64,000 nucleotides of DNA, taken from assembly GCA_963457535.1 (NCBI GenBank), contig OY734803.1, positions 1,108,977 to 1,172,976 of the forward strand, given 5' to 3'. This stretch comes from Arenicellales bacterium (GTDB lineage: Bacteria; Pseudomonadota; Gammaproteobacteria; Arenicellales; Poriferihabitantaceae). Positions 11,343 to 20,485 of this stretch are shown here, piece after piece. The translations under genes and the position numbers were made by a program. The notes under the pieces are model-generated. The model did not search any database, was not told the DNA's origin, and saw only the letters and a list, made by a program, of their open reading frames with translations. The stretch's first letter is position 1, and each line of letters starts with the position of its first letter.

Positions 11343-11346
11343 GAAA

Positions 11347-11372
11347 GCGCACGGAAGATTTTAATGTCCGCG
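11347..11372. repeat. degenerate copy of the 19065-19092 terminator hairpin (left border of the R-M-like islet)
   Basis: gcgcacGGAAGattttaatgtCcgcg aligns with the reverse complement of the right-border hairpin, gcgcac-tttttaatgtGcgcg. Confidence 0.5.
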
Positions 11373-11373
11373 A

Positions 11374-14358
11374 CTAGCCCGCGAAAATGCGCGCCGGGTC
11401 ATCCGTCCAATAGTGTTTGTATTTCTCCGGAACGCCGGACGGGTCATTGAACATGAACAACCTGACGCTGACGCGCTTTTGCTTTCCATGCTCAAATTTG
11501 TGCGGGTTCCGAACATCCCCAAACAGACGCTCATAGCCGTCGATTTTGTGTTGAGACGCGGTGTACACGGGCGTTTTCGGATCGACAAACACGATTCGGT
11601 ATTCGTTGTCGCGCCACATCCAAAAGACAAAGTCCGGCAGGAAGCGGCGGTATTCGTTTACCGAATGGTCATAGTAGGGAATGTGAATTTTGTCGACGCT
11701 CTCATCGATCTTGCTGAACATCCACGCGCGCCAGCCGGTGTCGCTTTTGGCGATCCACTCATCCAGCACATTGAGGAAGTCCACCTCGCTTCGGACTTTG
11801 ATGATGTGCTGCATGTAGTCGGTCGTTTCTTCGCCCAATATGATCGGCCGATAGTAGTGCTGAGCGAGCCGCTTGATTCGCAATTGCCGGAAAGTTTCTT
11901 CATCGGCCCCGCCGGCCCAGCGGTCAAACTCCTCGCGAACAATTTCCCCCTTCGCAAGTTTCTGGGCCAATGCGCTGATTTCTTCATCCGACGCCTTCCC
12001 TTTAATGACATTCCGGGCTTTTTCGCGCAGTTCTTCGACAAACTCCAGGCGCGCGCGGATTTCGCGGAAATGCACGATGTCCGCATTATCCGCGCTCTCG
12101 TCCAACTTCCGGACGCGGTCAAACGCCTTGCCGCTGCGCGAAATGTGCGCCAGCAACCGGCTTTGCAAAAAAGGCAGGGCGGCATATTCTTTTTCCGGGC
12201 GCTCCTCGGTCTTTTTCGGCTGCAGTATCCCGCGCAAGTCTTTGATTTGTTGCGCGTTCATTCCGTCGCGGACGGCGAACACGGAATCCGATGTCCGCGC
12301 AAGCCATTTCCCAAACCGTTCCTTCGTGGAACTGCTCATTGCAAACGGCGCTTGCGTCGCATCGCCGCGCGCCTCCTTGTAGTGCGGGACCAGCAAAGGC
12401 ATGCGCGCGCCGCCGACGGTCGGCCGCTTGGTCAGTTCAAAAGCATCCAGAATTTCCAGCGCGGCGCCTTTCTCCGCCTGCAGGCCATTAAGCACGGCGG
12501 AGACCGCTTTGCGGTTGGTGGCGAAAAGAAACAGCGTCTCCGGCGCCCTCGCCAATTTGAGATATTCTGCGAAATGCTCCCCGAACGCCCTCGCCTGTTC
12601 TTTTTTCAAATCAAGGCGGGACAAGCGGCGGCGCTCGCCGGAGAACGGCTCTATACGCACTCCGCGCCCGACCGACTGCACCACAAACTTTTTGGCGTCG
12701 CTTCCGCCGATGTTGATGAAGTTGATCACATTCGGGCGGTTGGAATCCCAACTCTCAAAGAAAGTACGGGAGCCCATCAGGATCGTAATCGGGCTTTCCT
12801 CCAGTCCGGCGAAAAACGACTCGTCACACAGCGCGCTGTTCTGTTCGTATCCGGCGAGAAAAGTATTGCGCCATTTTGCGGTGTTGCCGATGCGTATCAG
12901 CGCAAACGGCGCGTCCGCATTTTTCAGTTGGAACGCCAGTTCCTTATCGTCGTTGCTGCAGATATATTGCAGCGCGCTTTTGCCGCGGTTGAGAAAAACC
13001 GCCTCGCGCAAATCCTCCACCGACATCGCGGAAATCGCGGCGGTGTGAATTTCCCCCAACCCTCCGCCATTTTCGCCGAAGAGCAGCGGCGCGCGCTCCC
13101 ACTCGCGAACCAGCGCGCGCTTGGATTCATCAAACACCCGCGCGCTGATTTTTCCGGTGGCAATGTCCTGCAGGGTCTGAAAGAACGCCCACAAGTCATT
13201 GCGCCCGTCGGTCACATCGGTATTGACCGAGTTAACCAGCGTCAGCATCATCGGCGGATGGTAGAGTTTTTTGATGCCGGTCTTGTCGCGAATCGTGGCA
13301 ACACAGCGCACGACATGCGCGAGCGTTATCAGGGATTTCAAAACAATTTTCTGCCGCTCCGCCGGGCTGATCTCTTCCCGCCGGTTTTGGAATGCCGCGT
13401 ATTCCGATTCATTCAGGTAGATGCCCTTGCCGTGTCCGTTGGCAACAAACTCTTGGAGGTTGTATTTTTTGACGGTGGTAACGATGTCCACATCCTCAGT
13501 GAAAGTCGCGGAGAAATTAAACAGGAATCCCTCGCGCGCCATGAGCGCGTAATACGCCTGCCGCTTGGAATCATCCTTGCCTCCTTTGTGCGCCTCGTCC
13601 AGCAGCACATACCACTTGCCGCCGTTTTCATAGGTGCGGTAATCGGTCAGCGCCTCTTTTTGCACATCGGAAATGTTGTCGCTGCGGTGGTAATACACCG
13701 TGACCGAATCGCCAAGTTGGCTTTGATACGGCTGCCGGCCGGCCTCGCGCAGCGGCGCCAAATCAATCCGCAGGCCGCCGGCGCGGTTAAATTCGTCCAC
13801 GGTGCGGCGAATTTGCCGGAGCAAATGCGACGTTGGCGCGAGCAGGAGGATGTCGTGCGGCGGAATTTCGCGGCGCTGCCGGAGCGCATGCAGGTATTCC
13901 ATCAGTTTCACCATCACCAGCGTCTTGCCGCTGCCGGTCGCCATCCAGAAGCACATGCGGTTGATCAGGTGGTGATAGGGAATCGCGTCCCCCTGCGGCG
14001 CGATGAACTCGGAGAAAATCCGAAACATCGGGTTTTCTTTTTGGTTTTTTTCGTTTGCCGCGCTTTCATAGCGCGGTATCGCAAAATCGCTAAGTTGCAC
14101 TTGCCCGGTGCGCGAATACAAACCGGCAAAACTTTGCTTGCGGTTTTCGCTGTCCGCCGGAGTTTCGGCTGCCTGCCAGTCGTGGTCTTGCCCGTAGTAT
14201 CGGAACAATGCCCGCGCGGCTTTCTGCAGCGCGTCGATTTGGTAGCCGTAGAGTGTTTTTCCCGCGGAGAAGCGGTCGAGTTCGGGGATGCGCCAAACCT
14301 CCGGGAGGTCGGCGTAGTTTGCATTCTCGGCGATAGATTCGAGCAGCGGCAGAGTCAT
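11374..14358 (-). CDS. Type III restriction Res-like SF2 helicase with C-terminal PD-(D/E)xK nuclease
   Basis: Motif I ATGSGKT, motif II LLDEAHK, motif III SAT, motif VI QSVGRGVR. C-terminal LPDFVFW...IVFVDPK nuclease motif. ATGA overlap with the upstream gene. Confidence 0.85.
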   Translation of the reverse strand: MTLPLLESIAENANYADLPEVWRIPELDRFSAGKTLYGYQIDALQKAARALFRYYGQDHDWQAAETPADSENRKQSFAGLYSRTGQVQLSDFAIPRYESAANEKNQKENPMFRIFSEFIAPQGDAIPYHHLINRMCFWMATGSGKTLVMVKLMEYLHALRQRREIPPHDILLLAPTSHLLRQIRRTVDEFNRAGGLRIDLAPLREAGRQPYQSQLGDSVTVYYHRSDNISDVQKEALTDYRTYENGGKWYVLLDEAHKGGKDDSKRQAYYALMAREGFLFNFSATFTEDVDIVTTVKKYNLQEFVANGHGKGIYLNESEYAAFQNRREEISPAERQKIVLKSLITLAHVVRCVATIRDKTGIKKLYHPPMMLTLVNSVNTDVTDGRNDLWAFFQTLQDIATGKISARVFDESKRALVREWERAPLLFGENGGGLGEIHTAAISAMSVEDLREAVFLNRGKSALQYICSNDDKELAFQLKNADAPFALIRIGNTAKWRNTFLAGYEQNSALCDESFFAGLEESPITILMGSRTFFESWDSNRPNVINFINIGGSDAKKFVVQSVGRGVRIEPFSGERRRLSRLDLKKEQARAFGEHFAEYLKLARAPETLFLFATNRKAVSAVLNGLQAEKGAALEILDAFELTKRPTVGGARMPLLVPHYKEARGDATQAPFAMSSSTKERFGKWLARTSDSVFAVRDGMNAQQIKDLRGILQPKKTEERPEKEYAALPFLQSRLLAHISRSGKAFDRVRKLDESADNADIVHFREIRARLEFVEELREKARNVIKGKASDEEISALAQKLAKGEIVREEFDRWAGGADEETFRQLRIKRLAQHYYRPIILGEETTDYMQHIIKVRSEVDFLNVLDEWIAKSDTGWRAWMFSKIDESVDKIHIPYYDHSVNEYRRFLPDFVFWMWRDNEYRIVFVDPKTPVYTASQHKIDGYERLFGDVRNPHKFEHGKQKRVSVRLFMFNDPSGVPEKYKHYWTDDPARIFAG

Positions 14359-15353
14359 TTGGCTTTACCAATTCGAATGAGGATTCTTTCGGCCAAATTG
14401 CGAAAGTCTTTGTAACAACTCCGCACGGCATTTTGTTGCGCGCCGATCACACCATCAGCGGGTTTGAGCGCAAACATCGGTTTGTTCGCTTCTTGTGCCA
14501 GCGGCATCAGAGATCGGTAATCCTTCAAATGTGCAAGGCAATTTGAGTCTGCATCTATCGGCACGGAGCGGCCATGTTCTTCCTCAAGAACATGTTTCGC
14601 ATATTCCGCCGGCATTTTTTCGATCCATCGCAAATATGCCTTAACCGGACGATTGCGGATTGCAGTATGGCGCATGACGACATACCCGAGCGGCTGCATG
14701 CAGCCACCAGGCAATTTAAAACTCAGGTCATCGGGCTTCCGTTCGATGCGGTCAATCCAATCCGCGTGCCACTCACGCAGAGTCGGCCCCACATTGCGCA
14801 AACCCTGCAACGAAAACAAATCCGGTGCAAGCGGGATCACCACATAGTCGCTGGCAATCAGCGCAGAACGGTTGATTGCGCCAAGATTTGGGCCAACATC
14901 CAGAAGCGCCAAGTCTCTTTCGTGGCGCGCACCCACAGCGGCAATTTGCTCAGCAAAGGATGCTGTAAAACGCAGGGCACGCTCATTTTGGTTGCGCACC
15001 AGGCACCTGGGCCACTCCGCAGATAAATCATCTTCGATTGTGGAGAGCCGCAAATCCCCGACAAGCAACCCAATGCGCTCGTGCACCCCCAGAACGGAAG
15101 GTTTTTTTGTCATGTCCCCCGACCTGGCTTTAAACAGCGGTGCGATACTTCCATAGACCGTTTTTTCCTTTTCTTTTTCCCAAATCCTCTCCAAACGGGA
15201 CTCTTCCAAAAACATCCCACTCAGATTGGCTTGCGGGTCCAAATCAGCAGCGATCACTTTGTAATCGAGATCAGCAAACATGCAGGCGAGATGATAGACC
15301 AGCGAAGTTTTGCCCACGCCGCCTTTGTTGTTAAAAAATGCGATCGTTTTCAT
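14355..15353 (-). CDS. ParA/MinD-like P-loop ATPase (deviant Walker A)
   Basis: MKTIAFFNNKGGVGKTS...ADLDPQANLS. ATGA overlaps at both gene junctions. Confidence 0.8.
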   Translation of the reverse strand: MKTIAFFNNKGGVGKTSLVYHLACMFADLDYKVIAADLDPQANLSGMFLEESRLERIWEKEKEKTVYGSIAPLFKARSGDMTKKPSVLGVHERIGLLVGDLRLSTIEDDLSAEWPRCLVRNQNERALRFTASFAEQIAAVGARHERDLALLDVGPNLGAINRSALIASDYVVIPLAPDLFSLQGLRNVGPTLREWHADWIDRIERKPDDLSFKLPGGCMQPLGYVVMRHTAIRNRPVKAYLRWIEKMPAEYAKHVLEEEHGRSVPIDADSNCLAHLKDYRSLMPLAQEANKPMFALKPADGVIGAQQNAVRSCYKDFRNLAERILIRIGKAK

Positions 15354-16540
15354 GATTGTCGTTTGATCTTCACAAACACAAAGTTGCCTTCAACTCGAAA
15401 CTCCGGCGCAGGATTGCCATTCTCTCGCAACGCCTCGCGTGCGGCAGAAATGCCAAACCCAAAACTCTCCATAAACCCCAAGTTTTTCATCGCTGCTGAA
15501 ATTGTGGGATTGCGATACGCAGTGATCATCGGCTTGCCCAGGTCTTCGACTCGCAATCCGCCATGGATGGATCCCGGGCTGATGATCTCGATGCTACCAG
15601 AAAACCAATAAATGCGCACCGGGGCATTGTTGTTTTGATAGTCGCGGTGGATCACAGCATTGTGCGTCAGTTCACGCAGCGCTCGCTCGGGAAAATCAGG
15701 GCTCGCAATGTGTTTTGCTCCGCTTATATCCAGCGGGGCTTGAATGTTCAATTTCAGCAGACTGCCCAGTTCGCGCAGTTGTTCCGGCAAAGTTCCGCGT
15801 ATTTCCTTTTGGTCCACGACCGAGTCGGTAACTTCGTCCCCATCAAAGCGCACGAACTGAATGTATGCGCCGGGAAACCACTGTGCCGGATCGGTGCCCA
15901 GCATCAGAATTGCCGTCACAGTCGGCGTCCCTTCGGAAGTAACCAAGCGCGATGCGCGCAACTGATCAAACACACTGCGCTGATTTTCGACGAGCATTTC
16001 CGGCGACACCGCATGTAGCAGGTATTCACTTTCGAACTTCAGCATGTCCAGGTCGACATCCACCGATGCGCCACGCACTTCCTGCATGTCGTAAGAAACA
16101 TCTCTCAATTGCCGTTTCTCCGTCAGCAAACGTTCTTCCGAAGCGGAAGCCTGTTCGGTGCGCGGGCCGACGCGAACCCAGCACCGACTGTCCACTTTCA
16201 TCGGGGTATTGTCCGACGGCTCCACCTGTATCACAGCGATTCTGCATCCATTCAGAGTTCTCGCTTCTACGCTCATCACCGGGAAAGGGAGAATTTTCCC
16301 GTCTTTCCGCAATCCACCAAGTTTCTCCAGCAGTTCGGTGTCAATGCGCAGATTGGCGCAAGTCCTGTCATCGGCAATTCCGATGAAGAGAACGCCCGGC
16401 TTCCCGCTGGCCGGCAAGTCATTGGAGAAAGCACAAATCGCTTTCCGAAATTTTTCCAAATCAGTTGCCGACTGGGTGAACTCCGTGCGCTCGCTTTCGT
16501 GGTTGTCGATCAGTTTGATCAACTCGTCATCCGTCAGCAT
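15350..16540 (-). CDS. AlbA_2 (Schlafen-like, divergent AAA) plus HATPase_c_4-type putative DNA-binding/ATP-binding protein
   Basis: N-terminus ESERTEFTQS...KAICAFSNDL...GVLFIGIADD (AlbA_2 pattern). C-terminal half LRELTHNAVIHRDY...RNPTISAAMKNLGFMESFGFGI (RecG-like C-terminal ATP-binding module). Confidence 0.7.
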   Translation of the reverse strand: MLTDDELIKLIDNHESERTEFTQSATDLEKFRKAICAFSNDLPASGKPGVLFIGIADDRTCANLRIDTELLEKLGGLRKDGKILPFPVMSVEARTLNGCRIAVIQVEPSDNTPMKVDSRCWVRVGPRTEQASASEERLLTEKRQLRDVSYDMQEVRGASVDVDLDMLKFESEYLLHAVSPEMLVENQRSVFDQLRASRLVTSEGTPTVTAILMLGTDPAQWFPGAYIQFVRFDGDEVTDSVVDQKEIRGTLPEQLRELGSLLKLNIQAPLDISGAKHIASPDFPERALRELTHNAVIHRDYQNNNAPVRIYWFSGSIEIISPGSIHGGLRVEDLGKPMITAYRNPTISAAMKNLGFMESFGFGISAAREALRENGNPAPEFRVEGNFVFVKIKRQS

Positions 16541-16544
16541 CCCC

Positions 16545-18995
16545 TCACTCCCCCCACCACAAATACGGGCGGAGCAGCGACACGAAGCGCTGCTTTTCTT
16601 CCGCGGTCATTTTTGCCGGGTTGATTTTCTGCTCGCTACCGTCGGCGAAGACCACGCTGTCGGCGGTGCGGGCGCGGACGGGCATGCCGAGGGCATTGGC
16701 GAGGGTTTCGGCGATGTCAATGTCGGGATACATGCTGGGCAGGCCGTTTTCGCGGGTGATCGCAGGGGCGAGTTTATCATCTGCGAAGAAAACATACTGC
16801 GCAAACGGCGATTTTGCGCTGTCAATTTCCAGTTGCTCGCCGTCTTCGTAGCGGGCGTTGCGCAGGGTTTCTTCGTATTGTTCCAGCGCGTAATATTTGA
16901 ACGCGCCGCCGCCTTTGTAGTCGGTTTCTTTGCTGATGCCGGATTGGTGGCCGGACAGCACTTTTTTCATGCGCGGCAAAATCACGGTGTTGAAGTGGTC
17001 GCCCATTTCCACGCCCAGCCATTTTCGGCCGAGTTTTTGGGCGACTGCTTGGGTCGTGCCGCTGCCGGAGAAAAAGTCACACACGACGCCTTCGCCGGAA
17101 AACGCGGACAAACAACGCATTAAAAGTTCTTCTGAGTTTTCGGTTTTGAACTCCCACGCCCGAGTGTAACCGGGTATGTCGGTCCAATTATTTTTGAGGT
17201 TTCGCCAAAGCGGCCAGTATTTTGCGCGGCCATTTTTGATCTTGACGCGCTGATGTTCGGATAGTTCGTCAAGTTGAGCTTGCGAAAGTCCCCATTGCCG
17301 CCCTTTCGGCGCAAAGATTTCTTTTCCGCCAATAATGCGGGATTCAGGAGCGCCTTCGCGCGCGCCCCTTGCCGGCAGAAACGGTTCGTGCCAGACCTCA
17401 TCCCGTCGAGGAACACGCAAACGGTTGATGTTGGTTTTCCCGCTTTTTCCCGCCAGAAAAAGACTGTCCACATCGTTCATGAGTTTTCGCTGTAAAGGAG
17501 TCGGGCTCTTAAAAAACTCCTGGGTTCGATTGACGACAATTTCGTTCAAAAAATTGTCACTGCCGAAAATGCTGTCAAGCAAACAACGCACAATCCAATT
17601 CCCGTTGATGTCACAGCGCACGAAAATACCGCCGTCTTCGGACAGAAAATTCTGTGCAAGTTTCAGTCGGTTCTCCAGCATAGTCGCCCAGCACGAATCT
17701 TTGTAGTTCGTGCGGTAGTCAAACTGGTCGCTGCTGTCCAGATTAAACGGCGGGTCAATGTAAATGCATTTGACCTTTTCCGCATACCGTTTTTGCAGCG
17801 TATTCAAGGCCTGCCAGTTTTCGCCATGCACAAATTCGCCGTCCAGCGCTTCGTCCAGATTGCCCAGCGCGGCCAGAATGTCCAACTCCAGATTTTTGAA
17901 ATGCCGCGTGTCCAGCGGCAAAAACTTGCAGTCCTTGCGCGCGCCGGCAATTTCGCCGGCGGGAAACTTCCCGTCCACCAGACCGAGTTCCCGCCATTCT
18001 TCCACTTGCGCTTTTGCGCCTTTGTGGGCGGCGATCTTTTTCAGCAGGCCGGACTTCTCCGCCAGTTTGTCCAGCGTAACGACATAGTTGAGCCCGCGCA
18101 CAAATTTCGGCTTCTCCCATACGCGGCGCAGTTCATCCTCAAACTGCGCGATGAAATCAATGATGTCGTAGGCGGTTTTTTTGACCGCCTGCAGTTGCGC
18201 GACGCGATTTGCGCCAAAGTCGCTCTCCTCCTTGTAGAGGTATTGAAACATCCACAAGTCAAATTGCTCGCGCAAAAATCCCCCGGCGTCCTTGTTGATG
18301 AAAAAGTCGGCTTCCACCTGGCGGCGGAAAACATTGATCGCTTTTTGCAGTTGCTCCTCGGACAGCGAAACAATTCCGTTCTCGCGGGCTTTTTTGAGGA
18401 TGTCGCCGGTTTTGGTTTTGCCGCTCCCTTTTTTGTAAGAGACGGCGAGATGGACGACCTTGTTGCCGTCTTCGGACTTTACCGCGCCAAATTCAAAAAC
18501 GAATTCTTTGCGCTCGTTGTTCTGCTTGTTTTCCACGCCGGCGGCGTCAAAGAAAAAACGCCGGGTGTTTTGCGGCTTGCCTTCCTCTTCCAGCGTTACC
18601 GGCAGCGACTGCACCAGCACATCGGATTTGACATAGTAGAGATTGCGCGTCTTCCACGACAGCGCGACATCCTGGCCGTCCGCATAGACGCGCTCGTAAG
18701 TCTTGGCGAATGCCGGCAGGTGGCGGAAGTAGATGGAGCCGCTCTCGCAAAAGTAGCGGCTGAAAAAGTCGTGGAGTTTATCGAACAACTCCTCGCGAAA
18801 AGCCGAGTTCTTTTCGGCGCGCGCGTCAATTTTGGCGAGCAGTTTCGGGCGGAGCGATTGAAAGTGCTTGCGCTTCACCCGCATCAGGTTGACGAAGCCG
18901 GAATCGCCCTCCACTTCGGCGCCGGTGAACAGGGATTCCAGCGCGTCCAGAAAGCGCTTTTCCTTGGTCCCGCTTGTGGTGGTTTGGTCTGGCAT
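16545..18995 (-). CDS. Type III Mod-like beta-class DNA methyltransferase with long N-terminal extension
   Basis: Motif IV CIYIDPPFN followed by motif I DFFSGSGTTQAVA. The N-terminal DFFINKDAGGFLREQFDLWMFQY resembles a segment seen in large defence-associated MTases. Its stop and the next start are arranged TGAGGGGATG. Confidence 0.85.
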   Translation of the reverse strand: MPDQTTTSGTKEKRFLDALESLFTGAEVEGDSGFVNLMRVKRKHFQSLRPKLLAKIDARAEKNSAFREELFDKLHDFFSRYFCESGSIYFRHLPAFAKTYERVYADGQDVALSWKTRNLYYVKSDVLVQSLPVTLEEEGKPQNTRRFFFDAAGVENKQNNERKEFVFEFGAVKSEDGNKVVHLAVSYKKGSGKTKTGDILKKARENGIVSLSEEQLQKAINVFRRQVEADFFINKDAGGFLREQFDLWMFQYLYKEESDFGANRVAQLQAVKKTAYDIIDFIAQFEDELRRVWEKPKFVRGLNYVVTLDKLAEKSGLLKKIAAHKGAKAQVEEWRELGLVDGKFPAGEIAGARKDCKFLPLDTRHFKNLELDILAALGNLDEALDGEFVHGENWQALNTLQKRYAEKVKCIYIDPPFNLDSSDQFDYRTNYKDSCWATMLENRLKLAQNFLSEDGGIFVRCDINGNWIVRCLLDSIFGSDNFLNEIVVNRTQEFFKSPTPLQRKLMNDVDSLFLAGKSGKTNINRLRVPRRDEVWHEPFLPARGAREGAPESRIIGGKEIFAPKGRQWGLSQAQLDELSEHQRVKIKNGRAKYWPLWRNLKNNWTDIPGYTRAWEFKTENSEELLMRCLSAFSGEGVVCDFFSGSGTTQAVAQKLGRKWLGVEMGDHFNTVILPRMKKVLSGHQSGISKETDYKGGGAFKYYALEQYEETLRNARYEDGEQLEIDSAKSPFAQYVFFADDKLAPAITRENGLPSMYPDIDIAETLANALGMPVRARTADSVVFADGSEQKINPAKMTAEEKQRFVSLLRPYLWWGE

Positions 18996-19017
18996 TGCGG
19001 ATTTTCCTGCGCGGGCG

Positions 19018-19046
19018 ATTTTACCGGATTATTTTTCCGGTGTAAA
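19018..19046 (-). promoter_or_regulatory. candidate sigma70 promoter of the four-gene methyltransferase operon
   Basis: On the minus strand: TTTACA, a 17-nt spacer (ccggaaaaataatccgg, with CCGG arms), then TAAAAT. An AGGAAA Shine-Dalgarno lies 8 nt before the ATG at 18995. Confidence 0.5.
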
Positions 19047-19064
19047 GTGTATAAATCCCAAAAA

Positions 19065-19096
19065 CCCCGCGCACATTAAAAAGTGCGCGGGGTTTT
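19065..19096. terminator. bidirectional intrinsic terminator
   Basis: 10-bp stem ccccgcgcac/gtgcgcgggg with loop attaaaaa. It is flanked by an A-run (19061-19064) and a T-run (19093-19096), and lies immediately 3' of the minus-strand aminotransferase gene. Confidence 0.75.
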
Positions 19097-19109
19097 GTTG
19101 CGGGAAGCG

Positions 19110-20471
19110 TCAGCCGGTAACCTCGTCCACCGCTTCGCGCACGATGGTCACGATTTCTTCCAGCACCGATTCGTCGGTGATCAGCGGCGGCGCGATGCAG
19201 ATTACTTCGCTGCGAACGCGCGTGTACAGGCCGCGTTTCATCAGCGCGCCGGTCAGTTTTGCGCCGAGGCCGAATTCGGGCGGGTACCATTTCTTGGAGG
19301 ACTTGTCTTCCACCACTTCCACGCCGGCCATCATTCCCAGTCCGCGCACATTGCCGACATGCGCGTGGTCGTCCAGCGCGGCATGCAGTTTGTCCAGCAG
19401 GAATTTCCCCTTGCGCGCGGCCTGCCCCGGCAGGTCTTCGTTCTGGATGATGTCCAGCGTCGCCAGCGCGACCGCGCAGGTGGTCGGGTGGCCGCTGTAG
19501 GTGTAGGCGTGCATCCACGGCGTTTTGCCCGAGGTGATGGTCTCGGCGATTTCGTCGCTCATGCCGATGCCGCCGAGCGGCAATGCGCCGGAAGTGATGG
19601 ACTTGGCGAACTGCATCAGGTCGGGCTCCACGCCGTAGTGCTGCAGGCCGAACATTTTTCCGGTGCGCCCGAAGCCGGTGATGACTTCGTCCGACACCAT
19701 CAGCACTTCGTAGTGATCGCAGATTTCGCGAATGCGCGCGAAGTAGTCGTCCGGCGCGACTATCACGCCGCCCGCGCCCTGCACCGGCTCGGCGATGAAC
19801 ATGGCGACGGTGTCGGCGCCCTGCTTCAGGATTTCCTTTTCCAATTCGTTCGCCGCGGCGATGCCCGGGGACGAGCCGTCGGCCGGCGCCGGGTAGTGGT
19901 AGGGGTCGGGCGACGGAATGTGGCTGAAGCCCGGAATCACCGGCGCGAACGCCGGCCAGTAGGAACTGATGCCGGTCGCGCACATCGCCGCCATGGTCAC
20001 GCCGTGGTAGCCCCAGATGCGGCCGATGACTTTGGTTTTGTCCGGCTTGCCTTTCGCCTTCCAGTAGGAGCGCGCGAGTTTGATGTTGCTGTCGGTCGCC
20101 TCGCCGCCGCCGCAGGTGAAGTAGAAGTTGTTGATGCGCGGATAGACGATGCCGGAGAGCCGCTCGGCCAGGTCAATCGCCGGGCGGTTGGTGCCGCCGG
20201 CGTAAGTGGAACTGAACGCGAGCGCGTCCATTTGCGCGGCCGCGGCGTCGCGCAGTTCGCGCCGCCCGTGCCCGGCGCTGACATTCCACAGGCACGACAG
20301 GCCGTCAATGAATTTGTTGCCGTCGGCGTCGTATAAATGCGCGCCCTCGCCGCGCACCCAGACGCGCGCGTTGGCGTGGCCCGCGGTGTGGTGCAGCGGG
20401 TGAATCAGGTGGCGGTGGTCGCGCGCCAGCAACTCGGCATTGCCGGCATCTTGGGGGACATTGATGTTCAT
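19110..20471 (-). CDS. class-III (omega-amino acid/pyruvate-type) PLP aminotransferase
   Basis: About 453 aa with SGGEATDSNIKLAR-like, DEVITGFGRTG and SKSITSG (here AKSITSG) Lys motifs. Confidence 0.85.
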   Translation of the reverse strand: MNINVPQDAGNAELLARDHRHLIHPLHHTAGHANARVWVRGEGAHLYDADGNKFIDGLSCLWNVSAGHGRRELRDAAAAQMDALAFSSTYAGGTNRPAIDLAERLSGIVYPRINNFYFTCGGGEATDSNIKLARSYWKAKGKPDKTKVIGRIWGYHGVTMAAMCATGISSYWPAFAPVIPGFSHIPSPDPYHYPAPADGSSPGIAAANELEKEILKQGADTVAMFIAEPVQGAGGVIVAPDDYFARIREICDHYEVLMVSDEVITGFGRTGKMFGLQHYGVEPDLMQFAKSITSGALPLGGIGMSDEIAETITSGKTPWMHAYTYSGHPTTCAVALATLDIIQNEDLPGQAARKGKFLLDKLHAALDDHAHVGNVRGLGMMAGVEVVEDKSSKKWYPPEFGLGAKLTGALMKRGLYTRVRSEVICIAPPLITDESVLEEIVTIVREAVDEVTG

Positions 20472-20485
20472 GGGCGCCTCTTGTC

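Noticed and set aside
11413-14415. 1000-aa ORF exactly antisense to the 994-aa Res-like gene. Similar full-length antisense ORFs occur at 27671-29809, 42701-44359, 53885-56092, 60878-62608, 3781-5241 and 7003-8481.
   Set aside because: These ORFs are codon-aligned with the sense genes, so an antisense stop requires a sense TTA, CTA or TCA codon, and this high-GC codon usage avoids all three. The translations are low-complexity Arg/Ala/Gly-rich with no motifs, while the sense strands carry clear family signatures. They are shadow ORFs, not overlapping genes.
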